Origin: a virus
DNA: 64,000 bases
Reading direction: 5' to 3' (one strand)
IMG/VR virus record: IMGVR_UViG_3300022935_000010
Coordinates: 1 to 64,000 of that record
Part shown: piece after piece, positions 55,401 through 64,000 of the stretch
Layout of the letters: every line of letters begins with the position of its first letter
How positions within the stretch are numbered: the stretch's first letter is position 1
The notes under the pieces: generated by a model
The model's input: the letters and a program-made list of their open reading frames with translations, nothing else
The model's database searches: none
What the model was told of the DNA's origin: nothing
Translations under genes and position numbers: made by a program

Positions 55401-57794
55401 ATGGCAAACAATTATCTTAGGAATAACCCAGTAGCGAATCAATTGTCGATTGACACATTTAGATTGTTTGAAAATCAGGATGTTGACAAAGCTCTTGAAA
55501 TAGCAGTCGATACTCTTTTAGGGGTCTTCAAAAAAATCACTTTTGATCTAGCTTCGGATAGGAATAGATCTTTTGAATCTTTTTCTAAAAAGCTTATGGG
55601 AGTGGGCGAGGCATCTTCTTTTAAATCACTGATTGCTAACATAAAAGACGTTTGTGGGGATATTGAGCTTGCTGATCCTATTTTGGCACCACTTAAAAAG
55701 ATGTATCTTGATTCTATCGATACGTTGGGTGATGCTATCAAAAGAATGATAGAGTTAGATCCATCACTAGAAGCAAAAGCTATTGAATATTTCAAAAAAG
55801 CTAGCAAAAGATTGTTGGAAACAATTAAAAGAGTTGCTGACCAATACCAGGAAAGGATAAACGAATCCCAAGCTATTGGTGTTCCTGGCAGAATGGAGAG
55901 GCTTAAGAGAATCTTGGTAAATCACATTATGGATTCAAAGGGAAAGGATGCAAAAGCTGGTTATGGTAGGGATTGGCACAGATTGTTTACTACTTTGGAA
56001 CAGAAACTTTCTTCCATAAATGCCGATAAAGCAACATTCTCAGATGGTGATAGAAAAAATCTCGCAGAACTTGAAAAGAAGACTGATAGCTTAACACAAG
56101 AGTACAATCAGTACAAAGTTAGAGCGGCTGAAACCGTGATGAGCAAGATTATCAAGGATCCTGACCTAGAGTCAAAATTTGCTGATTATATTGAGATCAT
56201 GACTAATGCCTTAGATGGTGTTACGAAAGCAAATACCGAGGAGGGCCTTATCGAGGTAAAAGTACGTGAGATCCTTGATGATAAGGAAACTAAAATGCAG
56301 GATAGGGTATTCCCACTGAAAGTTGGTGATAAGGACAATGACGGTAAGCTTAAGGGTTCTGGCTTGATTCAGACAGTCCAGAAGGCACTTATTGATGCCT
56401 TTATACCGATTAAAAATCTTTTGGATCCTAGAGGTGGTGCTAATGGTAAATTTGAAACCCCAACTAGTGTTGCTGTAAAGTCTATACAAGCTTCACTTGG
56501 AAATAAAGATGTGAATGGTACTTTGGATAAGCCTTTATTGGATGTTATTTTAAAGCTGGATCAGGTGTCTGGAGAAAATAAAGATGCAATAAAAGAAGCT
56601 ATTTCAAAGCTTAGGGTTTCTTATTCATCAATGAGTGAGTCTACAAGCGCATTAAGTGTTACCGAATTTATGAGGCTGATGGAAGCTATGACTTATATAG
56701 ATCCTAATGAAATAGAGGATAAAATCAAAATGTACAGTGAGGAAATAACTGAAGATGATGATTCTGTTGCACAACCAACTACCTCTGACTACACCATGGC
56801 TGAAAGACTGGCTAAGATGTTAAGGACTAAGAATTACAACAAAAACGCGGAGACAGAAGATTTTCTTAAGGAGGATGGTACTTTAAAGGGATCTTGTCCC
56901 CAAGATTTTATTGACGGCTGGACAAAAGCAATATCTGGTGATAAGTCTGTTTCCTTCTTTTTTATAGAGGATGAGAATGGAGGTTCACTTTATCCTACTA
57001 AGAGATTATCTTGTAATGTGAATAAGCCATGTAACTGGAAAAGGTATAAATCTATTGCTGGAGATGAAACAGACGACGTTCACAATTTTGGAAAATGGTA
57101 CACGACATACTGGAAAAATTTTGGTGGCGTTGGTTCTGAAATCAAGTCAAAAGTTTTGGATGATGTAATGAAGTCCAATTGTTCATTGGCTAAAGAGGAA
57201 AAACTTTCCGATGTTATAACGATCTACGAAGATCTTGAGAACTCTTTCATGCCTCATAAGGATGAAATATCACATGGCTATCTTAGACCAAATTCAATAA
57301 AGGAGATTTCTTCTGGAATAAAGGGTATGTTAGGTAATGATGGTGTTTCTAATCTTAGTCCTGCTGAACTAAGAGCTTTATATAACTCAGTTGTCCTAAT
57401 TTCTCCCCTAATCACATTTGATAGAGAAAGAGATGAATGGGTACCAGCACTATCCTTCCTATGTAAGACACTGGATTTAACTGAAGATGAGCTATTATCT
57501 GGGATTAAGAAAAGTAGTTCCTTAGGAAAGAAAGGCAAAATGAGTTCTGAAAAAGTAGCTTATCTTGATACTAAATCCTTACAGGATGGAGGTGATAGTG
57601 AAATTTTGAAATCAACTGTTATCGGTAGCACAGAGGATCCAGAGAAGATAAACAACATGAAATCAACACTAGATAAGGTTAAGTCTGTACTAAAGAGTCT
57701 TTCCAAACACACTAAGAGAATTAGTATAAGCGATGTTGGTGATATTACTCCTGATATTTCTGATTCTGTTGTTGTTATCTCTATGGCCAAGTAA
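55401..57794 (+). CDS. Large helical protein with peptidoglycan-binding-like domain
   Basis: LKVGD...IQTVQKAL...NGKFETPTSVAVKSIQ...VNGTLD resembles PG_binding_1. Confidence 0.6.
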   Translation: MANNYLRNNPVANQLSIDTFRLFENQDVDKALEIAVDTLLGVFKKITFDLASDRNRSFESFSKKLMGVGEASSFKSLIANIKDVCGDIELADPILAPLKKMYLDSIDTLGDAIKRMIELDPSLEAKAIEYFKKASKRLLETIKRVADQYQERINESQAIGVPGRMERLKRILVNHIMDSKGKDAKAGYGRDWHRLFTTLEQKLSSINADKATFSDGDRKNLAELEKKTDSLTQEYNQYKVRAAETVMSKIIKDPDLESKFADYIEIMTNALDGVTKANTEEGLIEVKVREILDDKETKMQDRVFPLKVGDKDNDGKLKGSGLIQTVQKALIDAFIPIKNLLDPRGGANGKFETPTSVAVKSIQASLGNKDVNGTLDKPLLDVILKLDQVSGENKDAIKEAISKLRVSYSSMSESTSALSVTEFMRLMEAMTYIDPNEIEDKIKMYSEEITEDDDSVAQPTTSDYTMAERLAKMLRTKNYNKNAETEDFLKEDGTLKGSCPQDFIDGWTKAISGDKSVSFFFIEDENGGSLYPTKRLSCNVNKPCNWKRYKSIAGDETDDVHNFGKWYTTYWKNFGGVGSEIKSKVLDDVMKSNCSLAKEEKLSDVITIYEDLENSFMPHKDEISHGYLRPNSIKEISSGIKGMLGNDGVSNLSPAELRALYNSVVLISPLITFDRERDEWVPALSFLCKTLDLTEDELLSGIKKSSSLGKKGKMSSEKVAYLDTKSLQDGGDSEILKSTVIGSTEDPEKINNMKSTLDKVKSVLKSLSKHTKRISISDVGDITPDISDSVVVISMAK

Positions 57795-57798
57795 CCTA

Positions 57799-57826
57799 GA
57801 AACTTATCAAACACATAACTCTATAA
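57799..57826 (+). promoter_or_regulatory. Putative ECF-type promoter GAAAC-N18-TATAA
   Basis: Recurring motif. Confidence 0.7.
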
Positions 57827-57845
57827 CTCCTAAAGGTGTTTTTTA

Positions 57846-58778
57846 ATGTGTAAGGCAGTTAAGTTATATTTCTTGAGTTTTTGTAGACAAGGTCCACCCT
57901 ACGATTCGGGTAAAGACCTCACTAGTAACGTGGATAATATAAAAGCTCTACTTGGTGGTTTCTTTGACGATGTAATTATTTACTCCCCAGCTTCTCTTAA
58001 AGAGTGTGAGGGTAGCGATGGATTTTGTGAGTTCCACGATGGTGATTTTCCACTTAACGCCGGTTTGAATGCAAATGGATGCGGGGATTTTAAATCTTTC
58101 ATTATAGATAAAACTCTCGGTGAGATTGATGATGGTGATATTCTGGTTTACCATGATTGCAATTTTGCTAAATATCCACAATACTGGCAAACAGATTGGG
58201 AAAACCTACACGATATTGTAAATTTCTTACTTTCTGAAAATGGTTCGGATTTTTTTATACCCTTTGAGCATGAGGCATTTGGCAAAAAACCTACAGTTTC
58301 TCTTCACGGAAAAAGATATACTACAAATAAAATCATAACAAATTCTACTGAGGCTGAGATTGTTTCCAGATGCTATGAGATCGCTTCCAGTAGGATGATA
58401 ATAAGGAATTCTGAATCCTCTCGTGCTTTCTTTGGTGATTATAAAAGGCTGTGTAGCCAAAAGGATCTACTAACAAAATATCCAAATCCAAATCCATATC
58501 CGGAATTTACCCATAGCTGCCCAGAGCAACATGTGTTAAATTGTTTAATTTACAAGTACATTTTAGACGGTAAGCTTGATAAGCATTTTCCTAGGTATTC
58601 ATTTCCCAACGGGAGACTTTCAATCCATTCTGGAGTTGAATATAGAATAAACGAGGAACTGTCGAAATATATGAAGGTTAAGACCATAAAAGAATTTGAA
58701 AAAAGGAACAACAATGTCGGGGAAAATAAAGATATTCGAGGGACCAAGGAATTCGGGGAAGACATTTTTAGCACGTAG
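57846..58778 (+). CDS. Glycosyltransferase-like protein (GT-A type, tentative)
   Basis: FKSFII..L....GDILVYHDC and H..EQHVLN patterns. Confidence 0.45.
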   Translation: MCKAVKLYFLSFCRQGPPYDSGKDLTSNVDNIKALLGGFFDDVIIYSPASLKECEGSDGFCEFHDGDFPLNAGLNANGCGDFKSFIIDKTLGEIDDGDILVYHDCNFAKYPQYWQTDWENLHDIVNFLLSENGSDFFIPFEHEAFGKKPTVSLHGKRYTTNKIITNSTEAEIVSRCYEIASSRMIIRNSESSRAFFGDYKRLCSQKDLLTKYPNPNPYPEFTHSCPEQHVLNCLIYKYILDGKLDKHFPRYSFPNGRLSIHSGVEYRINEELSKYMKVKTIKEFEKRNNNVGENKDIRGTKEFGEDIFST

Positions 58779-59262
58779 GTATTCTGAGATCCACAGTCTT
58801 CCTATTTATCAGTTTGACTTCGTTGGGTGGTTCAATAAGTTAGAATTTGATAATGGCTCCCGAGAGACCCACTCATTTGCGCTTGGTAAGGAACTGATGC
58901 TGCTCCAGCTTTCGAGGGATAAACTACTTCCTACCTTTATACTCGATCGGGGTATAATTACTGTGCTTTCCTGGGGAATATTATCAGGAAGGATAACGGA
59001 AGAATTTGCTCTAAATCAGCTTAAAATGATTGCTGGAGAGGGTTTGCTTAAAAACTGTGAAATCTATTTCGTAACTGGAGATAATCCAGACAAGTCCCCT
59101 AGAAATAAGGACAATTGGGATTTTACTGAGGAAGACAACAAGGAACTAGAGATAGTTGAAAATTTGATAGGTTATATTCAAAATCAACCTTACAATGTTT
59201 ATACCCAACGTATTTTTAATAGCTTCAGTGATAAAACGATAAACGATTTAAAACATATTTAG
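58714..59262 (+). CDS. P-loop nucleoside monophosphate kinase-like (thymidylate kinase type)
   Basis: IFEGPRNSGKT, ILDRG; start taken at MSGKIK. Confidence 0.7.
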   Translation: MSGKIKIFEGPRNSGKTFLARRYSEIHSLPIYQFDFVGWFNKLEFDNGSRETHSFALGKELMLLQLSRDKLLPTFILDRGIITVLSWGILSGRITEEFALNQLKMIAGEGLLKNCEIYFVTGDNPDKSPRNKDNWDFTEEDNKELEIVENLIGYIQNQPYNVYTQRIFNSFSDKTINDLKHI

Positions 59263-60666
59263 ATGTGTGGAATAATAATTACGAAAACTCCAGGTGAGGA
59301 TGTTTTAGACTCTATTAAACATAGGGGGATTGAGAAAACTGTGGTTGTGAAAAACGGACTCAGTATTTGTCACCACAGGCTCCCAATTCAAACATCTGAT
59401 GGTGATAATTGGAATCAGCCTATAGAGGTAGCAGACGGCATTTATTTGCTGTTTAATGGTGAGATATTTAACTATGACACAGTAAGGTTTGATTCTGATA
59501 TAGAATATCTAACCAACTTATTTAGAAGATACCGAGGCGGGAGTTTTGAGATGTTCTGCTCTCTTTTTATTCCTATTATACAAACTTGGGATGGATTTTG
59601 GGCAATTACAATCTATGATTCTTCAACCAACGATATAATTGCATTTACGGATCCTTTGGGTAGAAAATGTCTTTATTACAATTCACTTGGTGAAATTGCA
59701 TCCGAGATTAAGCCTTTGGTTTATGAGAATTCCCAGATCGATGAATCTTTTATTAGTACTGTGAGAAAGTGGGGGTACAACACCGATGAAAGAACACCAT
59801 ACAGCGACATTAAAAGGATCCTACCGAACAACATTTATCACTTTAATTTAGATAAAACTCCTGAGTTTAAAAATGTTTATCAAACTTACTATAAGGGTTT
59901 TGACTACCCAATTCAAGAATTGGTTGGTAAAGATTATGATGCCCATATGGAATGGCTTTGGTCTAAAATGTTCGAGTCTGTTAGGAATAGATTGATCTCT
60001 AAAGATTATCCGATTTCACTTCTAATCTCAGGGGGGCTTGATTCTTCAATTATTGCATCAATTCTCAATGAGCTTGGTGCTGATGTTAGGTGGTTTAGTA
60101 TTGAGAATGGCGAGAAGGAGTTTGTTGACATTCTCGCTTCAAAGCTCGGTAAAGAGGTTTCCTTTTTGGACTATTCAATGGATGAATCTATGAATGAAAA
60201 AATCTACAAGAAGTGGAACGAATCACCGATAGATCTGGGTTCTGTAATACCGCAATACCACTTATTTGATGCGGTAAAAAGATTTGGTGGATATCGTATA
60301 GTTCTTTCTGGTGATGGTGCTGATGAGCTATTTGGAGGGTATAAAAGAATACACGAATATGATTCTCAAAAGTCAGATGTTTTTGATGAGCTTTCATACT
60401 ACCACTTGCCTAGGCTTGATAAAATGTCTATGGCGCATACACTTGAGTTAAGAAGCCCATTTTTAAATCTTGATCTAGTAAGGTTTGCTTTACATCTTCC
60501 CCTTGAATGGAGAAAGGACAAAAAAATTCTTAAGGACACTTTTGCACCGTTACTCCCCGATGAGATTATTAATCGTAAGAAGGCACCACTAAAAAATCCG
60601 AAGATAAAGGAGGATAAAATTGCATATAGATATAAAGCAGTTGATCTTTTTCTAGGTAATAGATAA
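59263..60666 (+). CDS. Asparagine synthetase B-like glutamine amidotransferase
   Basis: MCGI, HRG, FNGEIFNY, SGGLDSS, SGDGADELFGGY, RLDKMSM, ELRSPFL. Confidence 0.9.
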   Translation: MCGIIITKTPGEDVLDSIKHRGIEKTVVVKNGLSICHHRLPIQTSDGDNWNQPIEVADGIYLLFNGEIFNYDTVRFDSDIEYLTNLFRRYRGGSFEMFCSLFIPIIQTWDGFWAITIYDSSTNDIIAFTDPLGRKCLYYNSLGEIASEIKPLVYENSQIDESFISTVRKWGYNTDERTPYSDIKRILPNNIYHFNLDKTPEFKNVYQTYYKGFDYPIQELVGKDYDAHMEWLWSKMFESVRNRLISKDYPISLLISGGLDSSIIASILNELGADVRWFSIENGEKEFVDILASKLGKEVSFLDYSMDESMNEKIYKKWNESPIDLGSVIPQYHLFDAVKRFGGYRIVLSGDGADELFGGYKRIHEYDSQKSDVFDELSYYHLPRLDKMSMAHTLELRSPFLNLDLVRFALHLPLEWRKDKKILKDTFAPLLPDEIINRKKAPLKNPKIKEDKIAYRYKAVDLFLGNR

Positions 60667-60681
60667 ATTACTTCTTGGAGC

Positions 60682-60689
60682 GATATATA
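60682..60689 (+). promoter_or_regulatory. Putative late promoter GATATATA
   Basis: Exact octamer. Confidence 0.75.
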
Positions 60690-60706
60690 AAGAAAAAATC
60701 TCCAAA

Positions 60707-61387
60707 ATGGCTAATAATATTAAATCCTTTGAGGATTTTAAATCTGATATAGCTCAGGAAGTAAACGAGAGCTGGTTCTCTGATATACTTGGGTATGCTG
60801 GAGGTGCATTTAGCGATGTTCTAAAAGGTAAAGCATCTGCTTACCTTATGAGTTTCTTTGGTATTGGTGAGCAATCTATATTTAGTAAACTTGTACAGAA
60901 CTTTGTAGAACAAATTCCAATTGCAGATTTAACCAAAATTATATTTGCTGGTAAGGCAAATTCTGCTTACCTTGCTCCAAAAATGGCTGACGCAACTATA
61001 GAATTCCTTTCTGAGAAAGGTCTAGACGGGATAGCAGAGGATCTCCATATAGAGCCTTCTGGATGGATTTACAGGACATTATCAGAGATAATAAGCAACC
61101 AAGCAAGAAGGGAAAATTTCAGGGAATCCTTGGTTAAATTTTACTTGCAAGCATTTAATGGATTTGAAAGTCCTGATGTCGAGGAATTTAAAAGTTCTTT
61201 ATCTTCCATGGATAAAAGAAGTCTGGAAAGGGGTCTAGAGGATGCTTCCAGAAGATCTGGTGCTGATTTAGATGTGGCATCTAGCGAAGCTGGAAGGGAT
61301 ATGGTTACTGACTTTTTATCTGGATTAGCTGGTGATGGTCAATCAATGCAATCTCTCGGATTAAGTACTGGGGGAACAATACAATAA
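60707..61387 (+). CDS. Hypothetical protein, putative internal head protein
   Basis: IKSFEDF...VNES N-terminus, late promoter. Confidence 0.65.
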   Translation: MANNIKSFEDFKSDIAQEVNESWFSDILGYAGGAFSDVLKGKASAYLMSFFGIGEQSIFSKLVQNFVEQIPIADLTKIIFAGKANSAYLAPKMADATIEFLSEKGLDGIAEDLHIEPSGWIYRTLSEIISNQARRENFRESLVKFYLQAFNGFESPDVEEFKSSLSSMDKRSLERGLEDASRRSGADLDVASSEAGRDMVTDFLSGLAGDGQSMQSLGLSTGGTIQ

Positions 61388-61400
61388 AAATACTAATATC

Positions 61401-61766
61401 ATGAATATAAATGACGTAGCAAAGAGAGAGGTTTTAGACTTTGATCAATTTAAGAAAAAGGTACACGACGAAACATACAAACCATTCGCTGCTGAAAATC
61501 AAGAAGGTGGTGAAGGAAAGACTGGACTACATAGGATAAAAAGAGAGCCTGCTTACGATTGGGTTGGCTATGCTGATGCAGTATTTAGCCCAGAAAAAGC
61601 GGGAATCGAGGTTCCTGGATATAATGCTGATGGTGACAGAGAGTACAACATTGCAAATGCTGGTCCTTCTATAGTAAATGCCCCAAATTCTTCTATCTCT
61701 GGATTGGGAGAATCTGAAACACCAGTTAATGAATCGTTTTCAATTAAGAGGTTAGAAGATTTCTAA
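61401..61766 (+). CDS. Hypothetical protein, putative internal head protein
   Basis: VLDFDQF and VNESFSIKRLEDF motifs. Confidence 0.6.
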   Translation: MNINDVAKREVLDFDQFKKKVHDETYKPFAAENQEGGEGKTGLHRIKREPAYDWVGYADAVFSPEKAGIEVPGYNADGDREYNIANAGPSIVNAPNSSISGLGESETPVNESFSIKRLEDF

Positions 61767-61791
61767 CATAACCGGTTTTGATAAATCTTAT

Positions 61792-61824
61792 AAGACAAGT
61801 TTCACCCGAAACTTGTCTTTTTTT
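61792..61824 (+). terminator. Intrinsic terminator overlapping an ECF-type promoter
   Basis: AAGACAAGTTTC-accc-GAAACTTGTCTT followed by T run. Confidence 0.8.
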
Positions 61825-61835
61825 ATGTAATATAA
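61808..61835 (+). promoter_or_regulatory. Putative ECF-type promoter GAAAC-N18-TATAA
   Basis: Recurring motif. Confidence 0.6.
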
Positions 61836-61860
61836 AAAAAACAAAGATCCGGATCTCACA

Positions 61861-62529
61861 ATGAATATTAAATTAGTTCACATACTGACAGAGCCCGAAA
61901 CAAGAAGAGAGCAAGCTTCAATAAACTCCTTATCTCCACTTGGAGAAATGTGCTTAACTTATCAACAACAGGTTAATGAGAGATACAAGGGTGAAGCATG
62001 GAAGGAAGTTCCTGCTCTTTCCCAATCCCCTGCTACAAACCATGGACCTGGACACTATGGTGCTTTCCAATCCTTCAAGAAAGCAATGTTAGAGAATTTC
62101 TCGGATGATTTGGATGCTTTGGTTTTATGCGAGTGCGATTGTGTTCTTGAATGCTCCCACGAAGACTTTATGAATAAGCTGAAGAGGGGTATTGATTTCT
62201 GTAATAGGAATGACCTTAAATACCTTTCTCTGGGTTCCAGATTTGTTAACGGTGTTTTACAGTCCCCAGAGATCGATTCTGATGATGAATACAAAGACTT
62301 TTATGTTACCAATAAGGTGATCTTGGCTCACTGTATTGTTCTCCCCGCATCTTCTAGGGATCTTATCCTAGGTGCCCTTGATAAATTCAGTTGGGATAGT
62401 CCGGACATCTGGTTTAATGAAGCTTTGTGGAAGTCTGGTATAAATAGATTTGGTATTGTAAAAGAAAGGCTTGCTAGACAGCACGAGGGCATCTCGCTTA
62501 TAGATAATGTCTGGAAGGAGTCTCAGTAA
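61861..62529 (+). CDS. Glycosyltransferase family 25-like protein
   Basis: HYGAFQSF, ALVLCECDC (cf. ILEDD), LAHCIV, SPDIW, LARQ. Confidence 0.55.
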   Translation: MNIKLVHILTEPETRREQASINSLSPLGEMCLTYQQQVNERYKGEAWKEVPALSQSPATNHGPGHYGAFQSFKKAMLENFSDDLDALVLCECDCVLECSHEDFMNKLKRGIDFCNRNDLKYLSLGSRFVNGVLQSPEIDSDDEYKDFYVTNKVILAHCIVLPASSRDLILGALDKFSWDSPDIWFNEALWKSGINRFGIVKERLARQHEGISLIDNVWKESQ

Positions 62530-63258
62530 TTACCTTCTTTCCCTCTCTTCCTTACTTACCTCTCTTATGAATAGCTCCTTTGCTATCTTTAATGTTACTG
62601 AATCCTCAGTAAAATCTTCGTATATCTCCATCACATTAACTGCAGGATCAATGTGTCTATCTAGATCCATTGCTTCTAATATTTCGTTAACTATGAATTC
62701 ATAGGACATTGAAAAATAACTGTTCCTTAGGAAAACCCTTTTCATTAATGTTCCTTGTGGTCCACTGTTATTCTTTCCGTTTTGCCACCAGTAAGCGATT
62801 ATATTGTCTGTTGCCATGTTTCTAAAGATCAGTATACCACTATCTTTGTTTTTTACATCCCCAAATTTCCCTAGAGAAAATGCTTTGATCCTGCTTTCGA
62901 TGTTCTTCCAGAGTTCCATACCGAGGTCTGCATATTTATAGAGGATGTTAAGTGACATCTCTATGATTTTGAAAATTTCTTCGTTCTCAAAATCCTCTAT
63001 TTCAGAATTTTCGTAATACTCAACCAGTTTTTTAATATTTAATGGTAGATCTTCTGGTATCTGATTAAATTCGTTTTCAATCCAGACTTTAATTGAAGTG
63101 ATTTCCTTGATCATTGAGAATATTCTCTTTATGGGATAATAAATATCCTCCTCTGCAATGTCCTTGTTTACAGTGGATAGAAAATCTAATAAAACGTATT
63201 GTTTGTATTCTTGATCGATTGGATGTTCGATGAACCATGTGGGTTTAATATCTTTCAT
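62530..63258 (-). CDS. Hypothetical protein (only substantial minus-strand gene)
   Basis: 242-aa ORF filling an otherwise empty gap, WF..PID.EYKQYVLL N-terminus. Confidence 0.75.
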   Translation of the reverse strand: MKDIKPTWFIEHPIDQEYKQYVLLDFLSTVNKDIAEEDIYYPIKRIFSMIKEITSIKVWIENEFNQIPEDLPLNIKKLVEYYENSEIEDFENEEIFKIIEMSLNILYKYADLGMELWKNIESRIKAFSLGKFGDVKNKDSGILIFRNMATDNIIAYWWQNGKNNSGPQGTLMKRVFLRNSYFSMSYEFIVNEILEAMDLDRHIDPAVNVMEIYEDFTEDSVTLKIAKELFIREVSKEERERR

Positions 63259-63341
63259 GGTAAAGAAGAATTATGTTTGATATTCTATATATTATCCCCG
63301 GGGTATACTTCTGGACTTTTAAAGAACCCATTTTAGGTTGT

Positions 63342-63349
63342 GATATATA
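63342..63349 (+). promoter_or_regulatory. Putative late promoter GATATATA
   Basis: Exact octamer. Confidence 0.75.
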
Positions 63350-63373
63350 ATACATAAAAATAGTGGTCCCATC

Positions 63374-63811
63374 ATGCCAAGAATAGACGATTATATTTCA
63401 TTCAGCTCCAATAAGAAAAACAACGTTTCTAGCGAGTTTATTTTTTCAAAAGAACTGGGCTTGTTAGACGTTGAGGTTGTTAATAGGCCTCCTGAGATTT
63501 CTGATGTTGATTCGTTAGAATGTGAAATTGAATACAAGGTTGGCATAGAAAGAAGAAAAGATGGGATACAGGACCTGAACTTTTCTATAGAGGAAATAGA
63601 ACTTGAAATTAAAGTCGACGATTATCCAAACGAACAGAAGGAATTTGAATTTGATATAGTACCAGATGTAAACATCGCTATTCCTTCCATTGTAATCCAG
63701 AAGGGGTCGAGATTAGTCCCAACAGATCCTTCTTTTGCAAGAATTGATATGAGAAAGTCGATGAATCCCAAAGACTTCAGAATCCAAATACTCTTTGGAA
63801 CCAATGAATAA
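63374..63811 (+). CDS. Hypothetical protein
   Basis: 145-aa ORF after late promoter. Confidence 0.65.
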   Translation: MPRIDDYISFSSNKKNNVSSEFIFSKELGLLDVEVVNRPPEISDVDSLECEIEYKVGIERRKDGIQDLNFSIEEIELEIKVDDYPNEQKEFEFDIVPDVNIAIPSIVIQKGSRLVPTDPSFARIDMRKSMNPKDFRIQILFGTNE

Positions 63812-64000
63812 AGCACTTAAATTTGGCCAGTTTGGGAGAATTTTTGAATCTCGGGGGATATCTAAAAAGGATGTTGGACTAATTGGTCCAAATATGTCTG
63901 GCGAAATAAAGCTTAGAATACCTAATCCTGGTATCACATTAAAGAGAATAGACGATGGTGATAACTTTACTTTTCAAATGGGTGAGAAGTCTTGTTCGGT
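63804..64000 (+). CDS. Hypothetical protein, 3'-truncated (MNKALKFGQFGRIFES...)
   Basis: ATG at 63804 overlapping previous stop, open to window end; not in ORF track. Confidence 0.6.
   Translation, partial: MNKALKFGQFGRIFESRGISKKDVGLIGPNMSGEIKLRIPNPGITLKRIDDGDNFTFQMGEKSCS

Noticed and set aside
5395-63937. Numerous short minus-strand and nested ORFs of 60-140 aa in the track
   Set aside because: They overlap well-supported + strand genes and show no recognisable motifs
1-64000. Stop-codon reassignment as in some large Bacteroidota phages
   Set aside because: Core genes are intact under the standard code and TAA, TAG and TGA all end genes at sensible boundaries
1-64000. tRNA or rRNA genes
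   Set aside because: Intergenic gaps are short and no cloverleaf/T-loop motif was recognised by eye; tRNAscan would confirm

Overview
64 kb of a large, AT-rich, T4-like (myovirus-type) bacteriophage genome, almost entirely coded on the + strand with the standard genetic code. Host is probably Bacteroidota (TAnnTTTG promoter boxes, A-rich translation starts without Shine-Dalgarno motifs; inference). The window holds: (i) the 3' part of a giant (Gly-Ser-Ser)n collagen-like fibre gene that the ORF track misses, followed directly by a 2OG-Fe(II) oxygenase, three glycosyltransferases and a TibC/Aah-type protein O-heptosyltransferase, with an HldE-type heptose kinase and two further GT-like genes elsewhere; (ii) T4-like morphogenesis genes (neck, small/large terminase, sheath, two tubes, chaperone/hub, tape-measure-like, gp4, gp2, two tandem portals, prohead protease-scaffold fusion, major capsid); (iii) replication/repair genes (ligase, clamp loader, RNase H-like, Cas4-like nuclease, NEIL1-like glycosylase, degenerate UvdE, 3'-5' exonuclease, dCMP deaminase, guanylate kinase); (iv) two sigma factors (ECF-like, gp55-like) and three recurring promoter motifs that suggest a three-tier transcription cascade. 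Top candidates for novelty: a phage-encoded Ser-heptosylation/glycosylation system acting on the GSS fibre, the promoter cascade, a -1 frameshift extending a 930-aa head protein, a nested scaffold gene inside the protease gene, and duplicated portals. All family assignments come from motif recognition by eye; no database search was run.
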